Origin: Alphaproteobacteria bacterium
GTDB lineage: Bacteria > Pseudomonadota > Alphaproteobacteria > SHVV01
Direction of reading: 5' to 3'
Assembly: GCA_965261735.1 (NCBI GenBank)
Contig: OZ253470.1
Location: 2,112,001 to 2,176,000, forward strand
Length of the DNA: 64,000 nucleotides
Part shown: piece after piece, positions 50,738-59,500 of the stretch
Position numbering within the stretch: the stretch's first letter is position 1
Layout of the letters: the number at the start of each line of letters is the position of its first letter
Program-made: the position numbers and the translations under genes
The notes under the pieces: generated by a model
Told to the model about the DNA's origin: nothing
The model's input: only the letters and a program-made list of their open reading frames with translations
The model's database searches: none

Positions 50738-51820
50738 ATGTGGCCCAATCGTGAATTGCTCGACCTCATCGGCATCGACTTGCCGATCATCCAGGCGCCC
50801 TTGGCGGGGGCAAACGGCCCGGCTATGGCGATTGCGGTGAGCGAGGCCGGCGGGCTGGGCTCGCTCCCTTGCGCCATGCTCGACGCAGCTAAGGCGCGCG
50901 CCGAAATGGGCGTCATCCGCGAGCAAACGACGAAACCCCTGAACGTCAACTTCTTCTGTCACAAGCCGCCGGCGCCCGACCCGGACCGCGACGCTGCATG
51001 GAAGCGGCATCTGGCCGCCTACTACGTGGAACTCGGACTGGATGCGTCCGCTTCGGCACCAGCCGTCAATCGGGCCCCGTTCGACGAGGCTATGTGTGAG
51101 GTCGTTGAGGACCTCAAACCTGAGGTCGTGAGCTTTCAGTTCGGGTTGCCGGCAAAACCGTTGCTTGGCCGCGTCAAGGCAGCGGGCTGCCGCGTGCTCG
51201 GCTGCGCCACCACGGTCGAGGAAGCCCGCTGGCTTGAGGACAATGGTTGCGGCGCCGTCATCGCGCAGGGCTTTGAGGCGGGCGGGCATCGTGGCATGTT
51301 CCTGACCGACGATATCGCGACTCAAGCGGGGACCTTCGCCCTGGTGCCGCAGGTCGTCGATGCCGTGAAGGTACCGGTAATCGCCGCCGGAGGCATTGCC
51401 GACGGGCGTGGCGTCGCGGCGGTCTTCGCGCTCGGCGCGGCAGGTGCCCAGATTGGCACGGCCTACCTTTTCACCCCGGAATCCCTGATCTCCGACCTTC
51501 ACCGGACGGCTCTCGGGGCGGCCCGCGACGATGGCACCGCCGTAACCAATCTGTTCTCCGGTGGACCGGCGCGCGGCGTGATGAACAGGATCATGCGCGA
51601 GATCGGGCCCATGTCCGACCTGGCGCCGGCGTTCCCGACGGCCGGCAGCGCGTTGGCGCCGTTGAAGGCGGCTGCCCAGGCCCGAGGGGCGAGCGACTTC
51701 ACCAACCTATGGTCGGGGCAGGCCGCCGGCCTCTGCTACGAAACCAATTCCGGCGATCTCACCCGCCGGCTGGCCGAGGACGCGGCCCGGCGGCTCCAGG
51801 AGCTAGCCCTACCCGGTTGA
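50738..51820 (+). CDS. Nitronate monooxygenase family flavoprotein
   Basis: PIIQAPLAG, AVSEAGGLGSL, AQGFEAGGHRG, VIAAGGIADGRG, LWSGQ. Confidence 0.92.
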   Translation: MWPNRELLDLIGIDLPIIQAPLAGANGPAMAIAVSEAGGLGSLPCAMLDAAKARAEMGVIREQTTKPLNVNFFCHKPPAPDPDRDAAWKRHLAAYYVELGLDASASAPAVNRAPFDEAMCEVVEDLKPEVVSFQFGLPAKPLLGRVKAAGCRVLGCATTVEEARWLEDNGCGAVIAQGFEAGGHRGMFLTDDIATQAGTFALVPQVVDAVKVPVIAAGGIADGRGVAAVFALGAAGAQIGTAYLFTPESLISDLHRTALGAARDDGTAVTNLFSGGPARGVMNRIMREIGPMSDLAPAFPTAGSALAPLKAAAQARGASDFTNLWSGQAAGLCYETNSGDLTRRLAEDAARRLQELALPG

Positions 51821-52002
51821 CCGGGGGCCTGACGTTCCGCGCCGTGATGCTTTCATGCTTGGATTGGCAATTCCCAGGGGCGCCCACCCGCGACGGCGGA
51901 AAGCGAGGCCGATAAGCCCTACCAATAGGGACGGATCGAGGCCGATGCCGGCGATACATTCGGACAACAGTCGCGCATATTGACGGGTCGTGAGGCAGCG
52001 CT

Positions 52003-52029
52003 GGTTTCCCTTTGACCCGAAACGGACCA
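52003..52029 (+). repeat. 27-bp imperfect palindromic site 2
   Basis: GGTTTCCCTTTGACCCGAAACGGACCA. Confidence 0.55.
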
Positions 52030-52048
52030 GCCCGATGGCGATATCAAC

Positions 52049-52777
52049 TTAAGACCCGGTCGCTATTTGCAGTTTGCCTTTGACGCCATGCTTTTTGATC
52101 AGCTCGGCTACCAATCCACTCTCTTTGGCTTCCTGGATAAACTGTTCGACGAAGGTTTTGAGGCCGGTGTTCTCCGGTTTTGTACCAACGGCCTGGAACA
52201 CCGATGTAAAGCGCCCGTCCAAAACGCGCGAACCGGGCAGGGTTTCGGCATTTTCCTTCAATGCCGGAACCAGGCCCGCCAGCGCATCCAACTTCTCCGT
52301 CACGAACAAGTCGATTGAACCAGCAAGACCCTTCGCGCGGTGCAGTTCCGCATTCTTCAACGTGCGCGACAGGTATAGGTCGTAAGCGGCGCGGTCCGAT
52401 ACTGCGATCCGCACACCCGGCTGGTCCACCTCCTCGATGGATTGAAAAGGCGAGTTTGCGGGAACAAGATACGTGGCCTCGATCTCAACATAGGCGTCAC
52501 AGAAGGCAATCGACTCGGCGCGCTTCGGCTCCACCGCGATCAACCCGATATCCCATTCGTCCCGTTCCACCGCATCAGCAACTTCGCCCGGTGTGGCGAA
52601 GGTAACGTATGTCACAGCGACGCCAAGGCGCTCAGCGATCGCCGCCGCCAGATCCGGTGCGACCCCTTCCGGATCGCCCGTGGGACTGGTGCCCGTCACC
52701 AGTAGGATGTTGCCGAGATTGATGCCGACGCGCAGCGTACTGGGATCGGTGAGTTCGGATAGGGCGTCTTGGATCAT
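52049..52777 (-). CDS. Family-3 (polar amino acid type) substrate-binding-domain protein without signal peptide
   Basis: LRVGINLGN, GVAPDLA, YVEIEATYLV, DQPGVRIAV, AYDLYLSR; AGAGG RBS before ATG 52777. Confidence 0.85.
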   Translation of the reverse strand: MIQDALSELTDPSTLRVGINLGNILLVTGTSPTGDPEGVAPDLAAAIAERLGVAVTYVTFATPGEVADAVERDEWDIGLIAVEPKRAESIAFCDAYVEIEATYLVPANSPFQSIEEVDQPGVRIAVSDRAAYDLYLSRTLKNAELHRAKGLAGSIDLFVTEKLDALAGLVPALKENAETLPGSRVLDGRFTSVFQAVGTKPENTGLKTFVEQFIQEAKESGLVAELIKKHGVKGKLQIATGS

Positions 52778-52881
52778 GGTCGGCCTCTTGCTCAAACTTA
52801 AAGGGACAATCGGTTGAGAACGCGCGCGATCCGTCAACGGAAATCGACGCCCCCCGGGCGGGTTGTCCCAAGGCAGCGGCG

Positions 52882-52935
52882 ATGTCCGCTCGTGCCAGAA
52901 ACGGAAATCAACAGCGGCCGGAGCAAACGGACGTT
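52882..52935 (+). repeat. 27-bp imperfect palindromic site 3 plus an extra right half-site
   Basis: ATGTCCGCTCGTGCCAGAAACGGAAAT (52882-52908); GCAAACGGACGTT at 52923-35 is identical to 50622-34. Confidence 0.62.
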
Positions 52936-53027
52936 TGGGGGAATTACTTCGAGAACAAGGGCTTACGGATCACCTAACCCCCTCGCGCGATCGCGAGTAA
53001 TCTAGACTTTGGGAACCGGAGCAAGAA

Positions 53028-54011
53028 ATGTTGTTCGGCATCAACTTGGGCGGCGGCAACCTTTCCCATGAATCCCGTGTGGAGGCTCTGGAAGGCCGTT
53101 TGGAAAAATCGCGCCTGGCCAAGCGGTACGGATTCCACTCCCTGTGGAGCGGGGCCGGCTACCTGAACAACGACTTCCATCCCATGCTCTTGCTGTCCAG
53201 GGCGGCGGCGGAGGCTCCCGGCCTGGAGTTGGGAATGGTCGCACTGCTACCTTTGTACCATCCGGTGGAGGCCGCCGAGCAAATTGCCACGCTGGACGTT
53301 ATCAGCGGCGGCAAGTTCGTGCTGGCGCCGGCCTTGGGCTGGCGAGACTTCCAGTTCAACGCCTTCGGAATCCCCAAGGGCGAGCGCCTCTCTCGGTTCC
53401 GGGAGGTAAGGGAGGTCATGAAGCAGCTCTGGACCGAGAGCCGGGTTACCCACCACGGTCAGCATTTCCAAATGGAAGACGTGCCCGGCGGCGGAACCCC
53501 GTTGCAGAAGCCCTACCCAAGGATGTACCTGGCGGCCAACCAGGACCGGGGCGTGGTTCGGGCGGCCCGGCAGGCCGATGGCTGGCTGATCAGCTCCCGG
53601 GCGACTTTGACCACCCTTCGCCAGCAGGTGCCAGTTTACCAGGAAGCCGCGAGGGCGACGGGCAGGGAAGGCTACATGTCCGCCTGGCGGGAGATGTTCA
53701 TCGCGGAAACTCGGGAAAAGGCCATAGAGATAGTCCGACCCCATGTGGAGCGGTTATACCAGGACCGGGCCGCCTCGGGCCACAGCCAGGAACTGCCCGC
53801 CGCCGACCGCATCGACGTTCCCTTCGAGCAGGTGTTGGACGGAAGGTTCATCATTGGCAGCCCTAGCGAGTGCGCCAACGAAATCAAAAAATACCAGGAG
53901 TTGGGCGTCCAGGAGCTGATATTACGCTGCCAGTGGCCCGGCATGCCCAACCAGGACTCCAACAGGGCGGTGGAAATGTTCGGCCGCGAAGTGCTCCCCC
54001 GGTTCGCGTGA
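53028..54011 (+). CDS. Luciferase-like (LLM class) flavin-dependent oxidoreductase
   Basis: GFHSLW, LLPLYHPVEAAEQIATLDVISGG, VTHHGQHF, VVRAARQADGW, GREVLPRF. Confidence 0.9.
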   Translation: MLFGINLGGGNLSHESRVEALEGRLEKSRLAKRYGFHSLWSGAGYLNNDFHPMLLLSRAAAEAPGLELGMVALLPLYHPVEAAEQIATLDVISGGKFVLAPALGWRDFQFNAFGIPKGERLSRFREVREVMKQLWTESRVTHHGQHFQMEDVPGGGTPLQKPYPRMYLAANQDRGVVRAARQADGWLISSRATLTTLRQQVPVYQEAARATGREGYMSAWREMFIAETREKAIEIVRPHVERLYQDRAASGHSQELPAADRIDVPFEQVLDGRFIIGSPSECANEIKKYQELGVQELILRCQWPGMPNQDSNRAVEMFGREVLPRFA

Positions 54012-54092
54012 GGTCCGCAACTCTCCCTCCTACCCGGCTGTATCGATCTCTACGATTGGGCGTGAACGTCCTAGCCCCTGGACGCAGTTTGG

Positions 54093-54896
54093 CTAGAAGC
54101 TTTTCAAGAAGTTTGTCATAAGCCGGCAGGTCTCGTCGGGCTGCTCAAACCCGTAAAAGTGACCGCAGTTCTTGATTATCTTCATGTAGGAGTTGGGTAT
54201 GGCTTTGTTCAGGCCCTCCGACATCTCCACAGGGGTGCGGGCGTCGTCTTCGCCAACGATTATCAGTGTGGGATGCCCGATTTCGCCCAGCTCCGGACCG
54301 AAATCGGATCGCGTGGCCTTGATCACGTCGGCGTAAGACTTGGGGTCGTTTCGGAGGAGGGTTTGCCGTAGCTTCTCCACCGCCTCGGGTTTGTTCTGAA
54401 CACTATGCGGGCTGTAAGCGCCCTTGCTGAACTCGAAGGTCTTTTCTACGATCTCCTCGATACTGGCGCCCTCTTCGGCAAGCCTTCGCCGTGTCTCGAA
54501 CCCCGAGCGGTCCATGGGGGTGGAGGTGGGAAGCGGGCTTCCCGAGCCGAGCAACATGAGATGGCTGACCATCTCGGAATAGCGCAGGGCAAACTTCATT
54601 ACCACCATGCCTCCCAATGACCATCCAGCCAGAGCAGCCTGCTCGAGGCCCAGTTTCCCCATCAACCCAGCCAGGTCGTCGGCCCATAGGTCGTCGGACA
54701 AGGGAACCTGGGTCGGCCTGACCGTCTCGCCAAAGCCCCGCATGTCGTAGGCGTATACCCTGAAGTCCTTGCTCAGTAACGGAATCATATCCTCGAAGCT
54801 CTGGGCGTCGGCTCCGGTGCCATGCACCAAAATCAACGGTTTGCCCTCTCCGCTCACCTCGTAATGTACGTTGCAGTCATTGACCTGTGTGAACAT
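54093..54896 (-). CDS. Alpha/beta hydrolase (3-oxoadipate enol-lactonase-like)
   Basis: LILVHG, YDMRGFG, GWSLGG, IVGEDD, CGHF; AGGAGG RBS. Confidence 0.88.
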   Translation of the reverse strand: MFTQVNDCNVHYEVSGEGKPLILVHGTGADAQSFEDMIPLLSKDFRVYAYDMRGFGETVRPTQVPLSDDLWADDLAGLMGKLGLEQAALAGWSLGGMVVMKFALRYSEMVSHLMLLGSGSPLPTSTPMDRSGFETRRRLAEEGASIEEIVEKTFEFSKGAYSPHSVQNKPEAVEKLRQTLLRNDPKSYADVIKATRSDFGPELGEIGHPTLIIVGEDDARTPVEMSEGLNKAIPNSYMKIIKNCGHFYGFEQPDETCRLMTNFLKSF

Positions 54897-55086
54897 GGTG
54901 CAGCCCTCCTTATGGTGTGGCCCATGGCCGCTCCAAAGATAAAGCGGTTCGGGCAGACGAGTCCTGGTTGGTCACCTCGTTCGTAGCGAGAGACCCGCGA
55001 CGCTGAAGCGCTGGCGCACTATCGGGCTTGTCACCATCTAGCTTGTGGTACCTCACGACCGCCCGGACGAATAAAGCGGGGCCAAG

Positions 55087-55563
55087 ATGTATGGCTTTGT
55101 CGCCCTTTGGAAGATCGATGATCCGGAACCTGCGCACCGGATGATCGCTAGGATTGCCCATCGCGGACCCGACGATGTGCGTGTGAGCCAAGCGCCGAAC
55201 GTCCCCGCCGCAATGGCCCACTGCCGACTGTCGATCATTGGCCTCGAGGACGGAACCCAGTCAATTTACAGCGCTGAGAACGTCCTGGTCGCCAATGGCG
55301 AGATATACAATTATGCCGACCTGCGGGCAATCCTTGGCGAAAGTGCCTTCGAGACCCAGAGCGATAGCGAGACCATTTCTGCACCTGTTCCGCAAGGACC
55401 AATTGCGGTGGGTCGCCAAAGTCGACGAGTCGGCGTGACGCAGCCCGTCGATCGCGGGAGCGAAGGCCGACTTTACGAGCGTCTCCTTCGCGAACAATAC
55501 CAGGATCCCGACCTCATCCTCGACAACGCTGGCACGTGGACGGCCGGGCGCGTTGCGGTTTGA
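55087..55563 (+). pseudogene. Asparagine synthase (AsnB-like) remnant with frameshift and large internal deletion
   Basis: IAHRGPD, AHCRLSII, ANGEIYNY, SDSETI; catalytic Cys2 replaced by Tyr; +1 shift near 55378; synthetase domain absent. Confidence 0.8.
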
Positions 55564-55623
55564 TGGCCGTTATTGCAGCCAACTATCGCGCTGTCCTGGT
55601 GTCGGCGTAGAGCAATCGCCGCA

Positions 55624-55650
55624 ATGTCGCCTTTGGCTAGAACCGGACAT
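55624..55650 (+). repeat. 27-bp imperfect palindromic site 4
   Basis: ATGTCGCCTTTGGCTAGAACCGGACAT with ATGTC/GACAT ends; lies where lower-GC DNA returns to host-like DNA. Confidence 0.62.
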
Positions 55651-55700
55651 CACCGGGCCACGCTCCGGCGCTAGATCAGTACGCCTCCAAGTCCGCGCCG

Positions 55701-56849
55701 CTACGCCTCGCCAAACACGCGGTCGAGGATGCCGTTGATGACGTGATGGATGGGCTTTTCCATTTCGGACATCGGGCCGGGGCGGTAGTTGGCCGACATC
55801 ATGCCATTCTGCAGCGAGGCCACCATGGTGCGGTCCTCCTCCAGAATGAACGCGATATTGTCGTGGTAGACCTTGATGCGCTCGGCCGCGTCCTCGCGCT
55901 CCAGGTGTACCTTCGGGAACAGGCTGTACATCAGGAGCTGGCACTTGTCGGGGCCGAGCGGCCATACCGTGAGCGGGCGGATCTGGTCGCTCCGCGCGAC
56001 GAGCTGCGTGTTGGGCTGCATATAGCCCATGGTGGCGAAGGTATCGGCCCTGTCCTCGAACCACGGCATCTTGCCGAAGCGCGTCTTGCCGTCGGGCGTC
56101 GCCGGGGCCGAGAGGTACTCGAAATTGATCATGCCGCGGGGCTTGAGCTTCACGTGGTCGGGGTCGGTGAAGGTGTGGGCGCCGAAGGTGCCGGCGTGGA
56201 GCACGCCGACGTGGTACATGTCCATCGCGTTCTCGACGAACAGCTTCCAGTTGCATGGCATTTCGAGCACCAGGCGGCCGGCGAGACCGCATTCCTCCAT
56301 ATGCAGGAAGGAGAACGCGTCGGCGAACGGGGCGATGAACTCCTCGAGGGACGGGGCCTCGTCGTCGAAGGTGACGAACACGTTGCCGGCCCAGGTGCCG
56401 AGCCGCAACGGCGCGAGGCGGCAGGTCTCGGGATTGAAGTCCTCGGCCTCGTCCATGTACGCGGCGCCGATGAGCTTGCCTTTGAGGTCGTAGTTCCAGC
56501 CGTGGTAGGGGCAGCTGAAGCTCTTGGCGTTGCCCGAGCCGGATGCGACCTCGACACCGCGGTGTGCGCACACGTTGGAATAGGCGTTGAGGCTGCCGTC
56601 GTGGTCGCGGGCGATGACGAGCGGCTCGTCGAGGATGCGGAAGGTCATGTAGTCGCCGGGGTTGGCGAATTCCTCCTCGCGCCCCATCAGGAGCCAGTCC
56701 TTCATGAAAAGCTTTTCCTTCTCGAGCTGCAACATCTCGTCCGAGGCGTACACGTAGCCCGGGGCGTGGCGCGCGGTGGCGAGCGGCGCCCTGATCTCGT
56801 GCAGGCCCTGGCCCGGTGCCTGGCCTGAGATTTCGTCGGTGAGTGCCAT
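55701..56849 (-). CDS. Rieske non-heme iron oxygenase alpha subunit
   Basis: NVCAHRG...SCPYHGW Rieske motif; NWKLFVENAMDMYHVGVLH; EED near the C-terminus. Confidence 0.93.
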   Translation of the reverse strand: MALTDEISGQAPGQGLHEIRAPLATARHAPGYVYASDEMLQLEKEKLFMKDWLLMGREEEFANPGDYMTFRILDEPLVIARDHDGSLNAYSNVCAHRGVEVASGSGNAKSFSCPYHGWNYDLKGKLIGAAYMDEAEDFNPETCRLAPLRLGTWAGNVFVTFDDEAPSLEEFIAPFADAFSFLHMEECGLAGRLVLEMPCNWKLFVENAMDMYHVGVLHAGTFGAHTFTDPDHVKLKPRGMINFEYLSAPATPDGKTRFGKMPWFEDRADTFATMGYMQPNTQLVARSDQIRPLTVWPLGPDKCQLLMYSLFPKVHLEREDAAERIKVYHDNIAFILEEDRTMVASLQNGMMSANYRPGPMSEMEKPIHHVINGILDRVFGEA

Positions 56850-56985
56850 GTGATCCTCTCGTAACCGGCCGCCCGCGAAGGCCAACCCCGTCGACCCCTT
56901 CGGCTCAGCTCATAGTATAACCCACTCGGCGGCGCATCGGGCGAGCCGTAAGCGTCGCACTGGCGAGCAATGGGGAGAAGAGCCG

Positions 56986-57378
56986 ATGAAGAAAGAAATC
57001 GTTCACGTGCCGACGATCAGCGACACCGAGGCCGAGGCCAACGTGCCGCTCTCGGCCGCGGTGAAGGCCGGTGGCTTCGTGTTCGTCTCCGGCCTCCCGC
57101 CCATCAACCCCGAGACCGGCGTGATCGAGCGGGCCGACATCAAGCGCCAGACCGAACTCTCGCTCGACAACCTCAAGGCCACGCTCGAAGCCGCCGGCTC
57201 GTCGCTCGATAAGGTCGTCAAGGCGACAGTCTATATCTCGAATGCCGCCTACTTCGACACCGTCAACGACATCTACCGCCGCTACTTCCCGCACGATCCG
57301 CCGGCGCGCACCTTCGTGACCGTGGGCTCGTGGCCGTGGCCCTTCGACATCGAGGTCGACTGCATCGCCATCGCCTGA
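56986..57378 (+). CDS. RidA family protein
   Basis: FVFVSG, LEAAGSSLDKVVK, PPARTFV, IEVDCIA. Confidence 0.92.
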   Translation: MKKEIVHVPTISDTEAEANVPLSAAVKAGGFVFVSGLPPINPETGVIERADIKRQTELSLDNLKATLEAAGSSLDKVVKATVYISNAAYFDTVNDIYRRYFPHDPPARTFVTVGSWPWPFDIEVDCIAIA

Positions 57379-57406
57379 GGCGCAGCCCTCGCCTGAGGCG
57401 CGGCCC

Positions 57407-58441
57407 TCAGAGGTAGAGCGGCTGGAGCTCGTCGCTGAGCTTGGCGAGATCGGGCGGGCTGACGATGGTGCCGTCGGCGACGACCTGCTCGCCGTCGACC
57501 CACAGCGACTGCATCTTGATGACGCCGTCGGGGTGGTTCTCGCCGCCGCCGGGCAGCCAGAAGGGCACGCCGAAGCCGCAGGCGTTGTTGCCCGTGGCGC
57601 GCATGTCCTCGACGAAGCAGGTGCCGGTCCAGCGCGCCACCGGATGGATGCCGTTCGTGAAGTGGATGATGTGGCCGTACTCGCCACCGCCGGCGCGCTT
57701 GAGCGCCCGGTCCATGAACCGGCGCTCGTTGCCGCCGCCGCTGATCGCTTTGATGCGGCCGTCGACCTCGACGGTGATCGGCTCGGGGAGCAGCGTGTAG
57801 TACTCGTGGAAGGCGGCCTCGATGACGACTTGGCCGCGCACCGACTCCGGGTCGGGCCAAAGCGCGACGACGCCGGGAATGGTGTAGTTGCCCGGGCTGT
57901 TGGCCTGGCGGCGCTTGGCGAACGGCGGCTCGGCGAGGCTGAAGGTCACGTCGGTACCGGCTTCATTGGTGATGTGGCACGGCGTACCCGGTGCGAGCAG
58001 CGCGGTGAAGCGCTCGAACACGGCGAAGAACTTGTCGAGGTCGGCCCTCCCGAACAGGCGGATCATCGATCCGGTCGGCACCTCGCCGCCCAGGAAATAG
58101 CGCACGCGCTGGGTCTTCATCGCCTCGTCGTGGGCGTGTGAACCCGCCACATACGGGTAGGCGAGGTCGATCCACACGTCGCAGGCGGAGACCACCGCGA
58201 CCAGCGAATCGGAGATATAAGGATCGGCGAGCCCGCCTTGGAAGGGGAGCTGTGGGATGACGAAGATGCCGGGCTTGGCGCCCGCGAGCACCGCGGCGTT
58301 GAGCACCGCGTCCGCGACCATTCGGTCGCCGGCGGTGTCGGTCGTGATGACGACGCTCTCGCCCTCCTCGACCGCCAGGAAATCCTTGACCAGCACGTTC
58401 GCGGCCCGCGCCAGTTCGGGGCCGATGGCAGATGCGTTCAT
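57407..58441 (-). CDS. NicX-like (2,5-dihydroxypyridine dioxygenase / M29-fold) metalloenzyme
   Basis: GESVVITTD, GTDVTF, IIHFTNGIHP, ENHPDG (HxD), SLWVDGEQVVADG. Confidence 0.65.
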   Translation of the reverse strand: MNASAIGPELARAANVLVKDFLAVEEGESVVITTDTAGDRMVADAVLNAAVLAGAKPGIFVIPQLPFQGGLADPYISDSLVAVVSACDVWIDLAYPYVAGSHAHDEAMKTQRVRYFLGGEVPTGSMIRLFGRADLDKFFAVFERFTALLAPGTPCHITNEAGTDVTFSLAEPPFAKRRQANSPGNYTIPGVVALWPDPESVRGQVVIEAAFHEYYTLLPEPITVEVDGRIKAISGGGNERRFMDRALKRAGGGEYGHIIHFTNGIHPVARWTGTCFVEDMRATGNNACGFGVPFWLPGGGENHPDGVIKMQSLWVDGEQVVADGTIVSPPDLAKLSDELQPLYL

Positions 58442-58544
58442 GTGCGGAGCCTCCCTCGCCACGACGTCCGTGGAGCTATGTCCCGTTGCACCGAAGTGTG
58501 TGGGACACGCCGTGTACTGTCAATCGGTGGGCGCGCTAGTGAAC

Positions 58545-58910
58545 CTAAGCCGACGCGGCGCGCCCCGCGTGCTCGGAGGAGACCTCCTCGACGTCGATGT
58601 CCGGGTGATCGCGGGCCACGGCGACGCGGAACCAGATGAACGGCAGCAAGGGGTTGGGCAACCAGTACAACCAGGCGAGGCCGCCCGTCCGGCTTCCGTC
58701 GCCGGTAGCGAGCGACAGCCATTGGTAGAGCCCCTTGTAGGGGCATAGGCCGGGCGCGTAGCTCGGCTTGAACCGCGCCGCGAGGTAGCGCCTCCGAACG
58801 TAGTATCCCTGTTCGAACGGCGTGATGCCCCATCCCACCGGGCCCTCGGCGATCACGGTCCCGGTCGGCCGGTGCGTGAGGCGCACGCTACGTCGTGCCC
58901 GCGAAAACAT
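58545..58910 (-). CDS. DUF427-like protein
   Basis: CPYKG motif and AWLY..P; AGAGG RBS. Confidence 0.6.
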   Translation of the reverse strand: MFSRARRSVRLTHRPTGTVIAEGPVGWGITPFEQGYYVRRRYLAARFKPSYAPGLCPYKGLYQWLSLATGDGSRTGGLAWLYWLPNPLLPFIWFRVAVARDHPDIDVEEVSSEHAGRAASA

Positions 58911-59076
58911 GAACCTCTCGAATCTTGCTGGCCCAGGGCGCCTAGCATAGCGTAACGCGCGAGTGGTGCGGCCCCTCCATTTTCCGCATATCGTCGGCCC
59001 CGCCGCCGCCCTAGGATGAGGCGGAACACTCGTGAGCACAGGCCGGTCAAGGCCGCCAACCCGAGGAGAAGGATAC

Positions 59077-59472
59077 ATGCCCAGGCAGGTCTACAACCCG
59101 ACGACGCTCGGCGAGCCCGTGGGGCCGTTCTCGCGCGCCGTGCGCATCGGCAACGTTCTCTACATCGCCGGCACCTCGGCCATCACCCATCAGACCGGGC
59201 CCATCTGGGACCGGCCGCTATCGCCCGACTTCGACGTGCAGGCACGCGAGACCTTCGAGAACATCAAGAAGGTGCTGGAGGATGCCGGCGGCAAGATGTC
59301 GGACATCTACAAGATTACGGTGCTGCTCAAGGACCGTAAGTACTTCGACCAGATCAGCAAGATCCGCGGCGAGTACTTCCCCGAGAAGGCCTACGTCAGC
59401 ACGGGCTTCATCACCGAGCTCATGCGCGAGGACATGCTGGTCGAGGTCGACGCCGAGGCGCTGCTCGAGTAG
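59077..59472 (+). CDS. Rid family protein
   Basis: PFSRAVRIGNVLYIAG, QARETFENIKKVLEDAGG, LVEVDAEA. Confidence 0.9.
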   Translation: MPRQVYNPTTLGEPVGPFSRAVRIGNVLYIAGTSAITHQTGPIWDRPLSPDFDVQARETFENIKKVLEDAGGKMSDIYKITVLLKDRKYFDQISKIRGEYFPEKAYVSTGFITELMREDMLVEVDAEALLE

Positions 59473-59500
59473 CGCGCGGCGTGCGGCCCGGCCGCCAGCC

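Noticed and set aside
57371-57408. 18-bp tandem duplication TCGCCTGAGGCGC(A/G)GCCC between convergent stop codons
   Set aside because: Two copies only; most simply a local slippage duplication.
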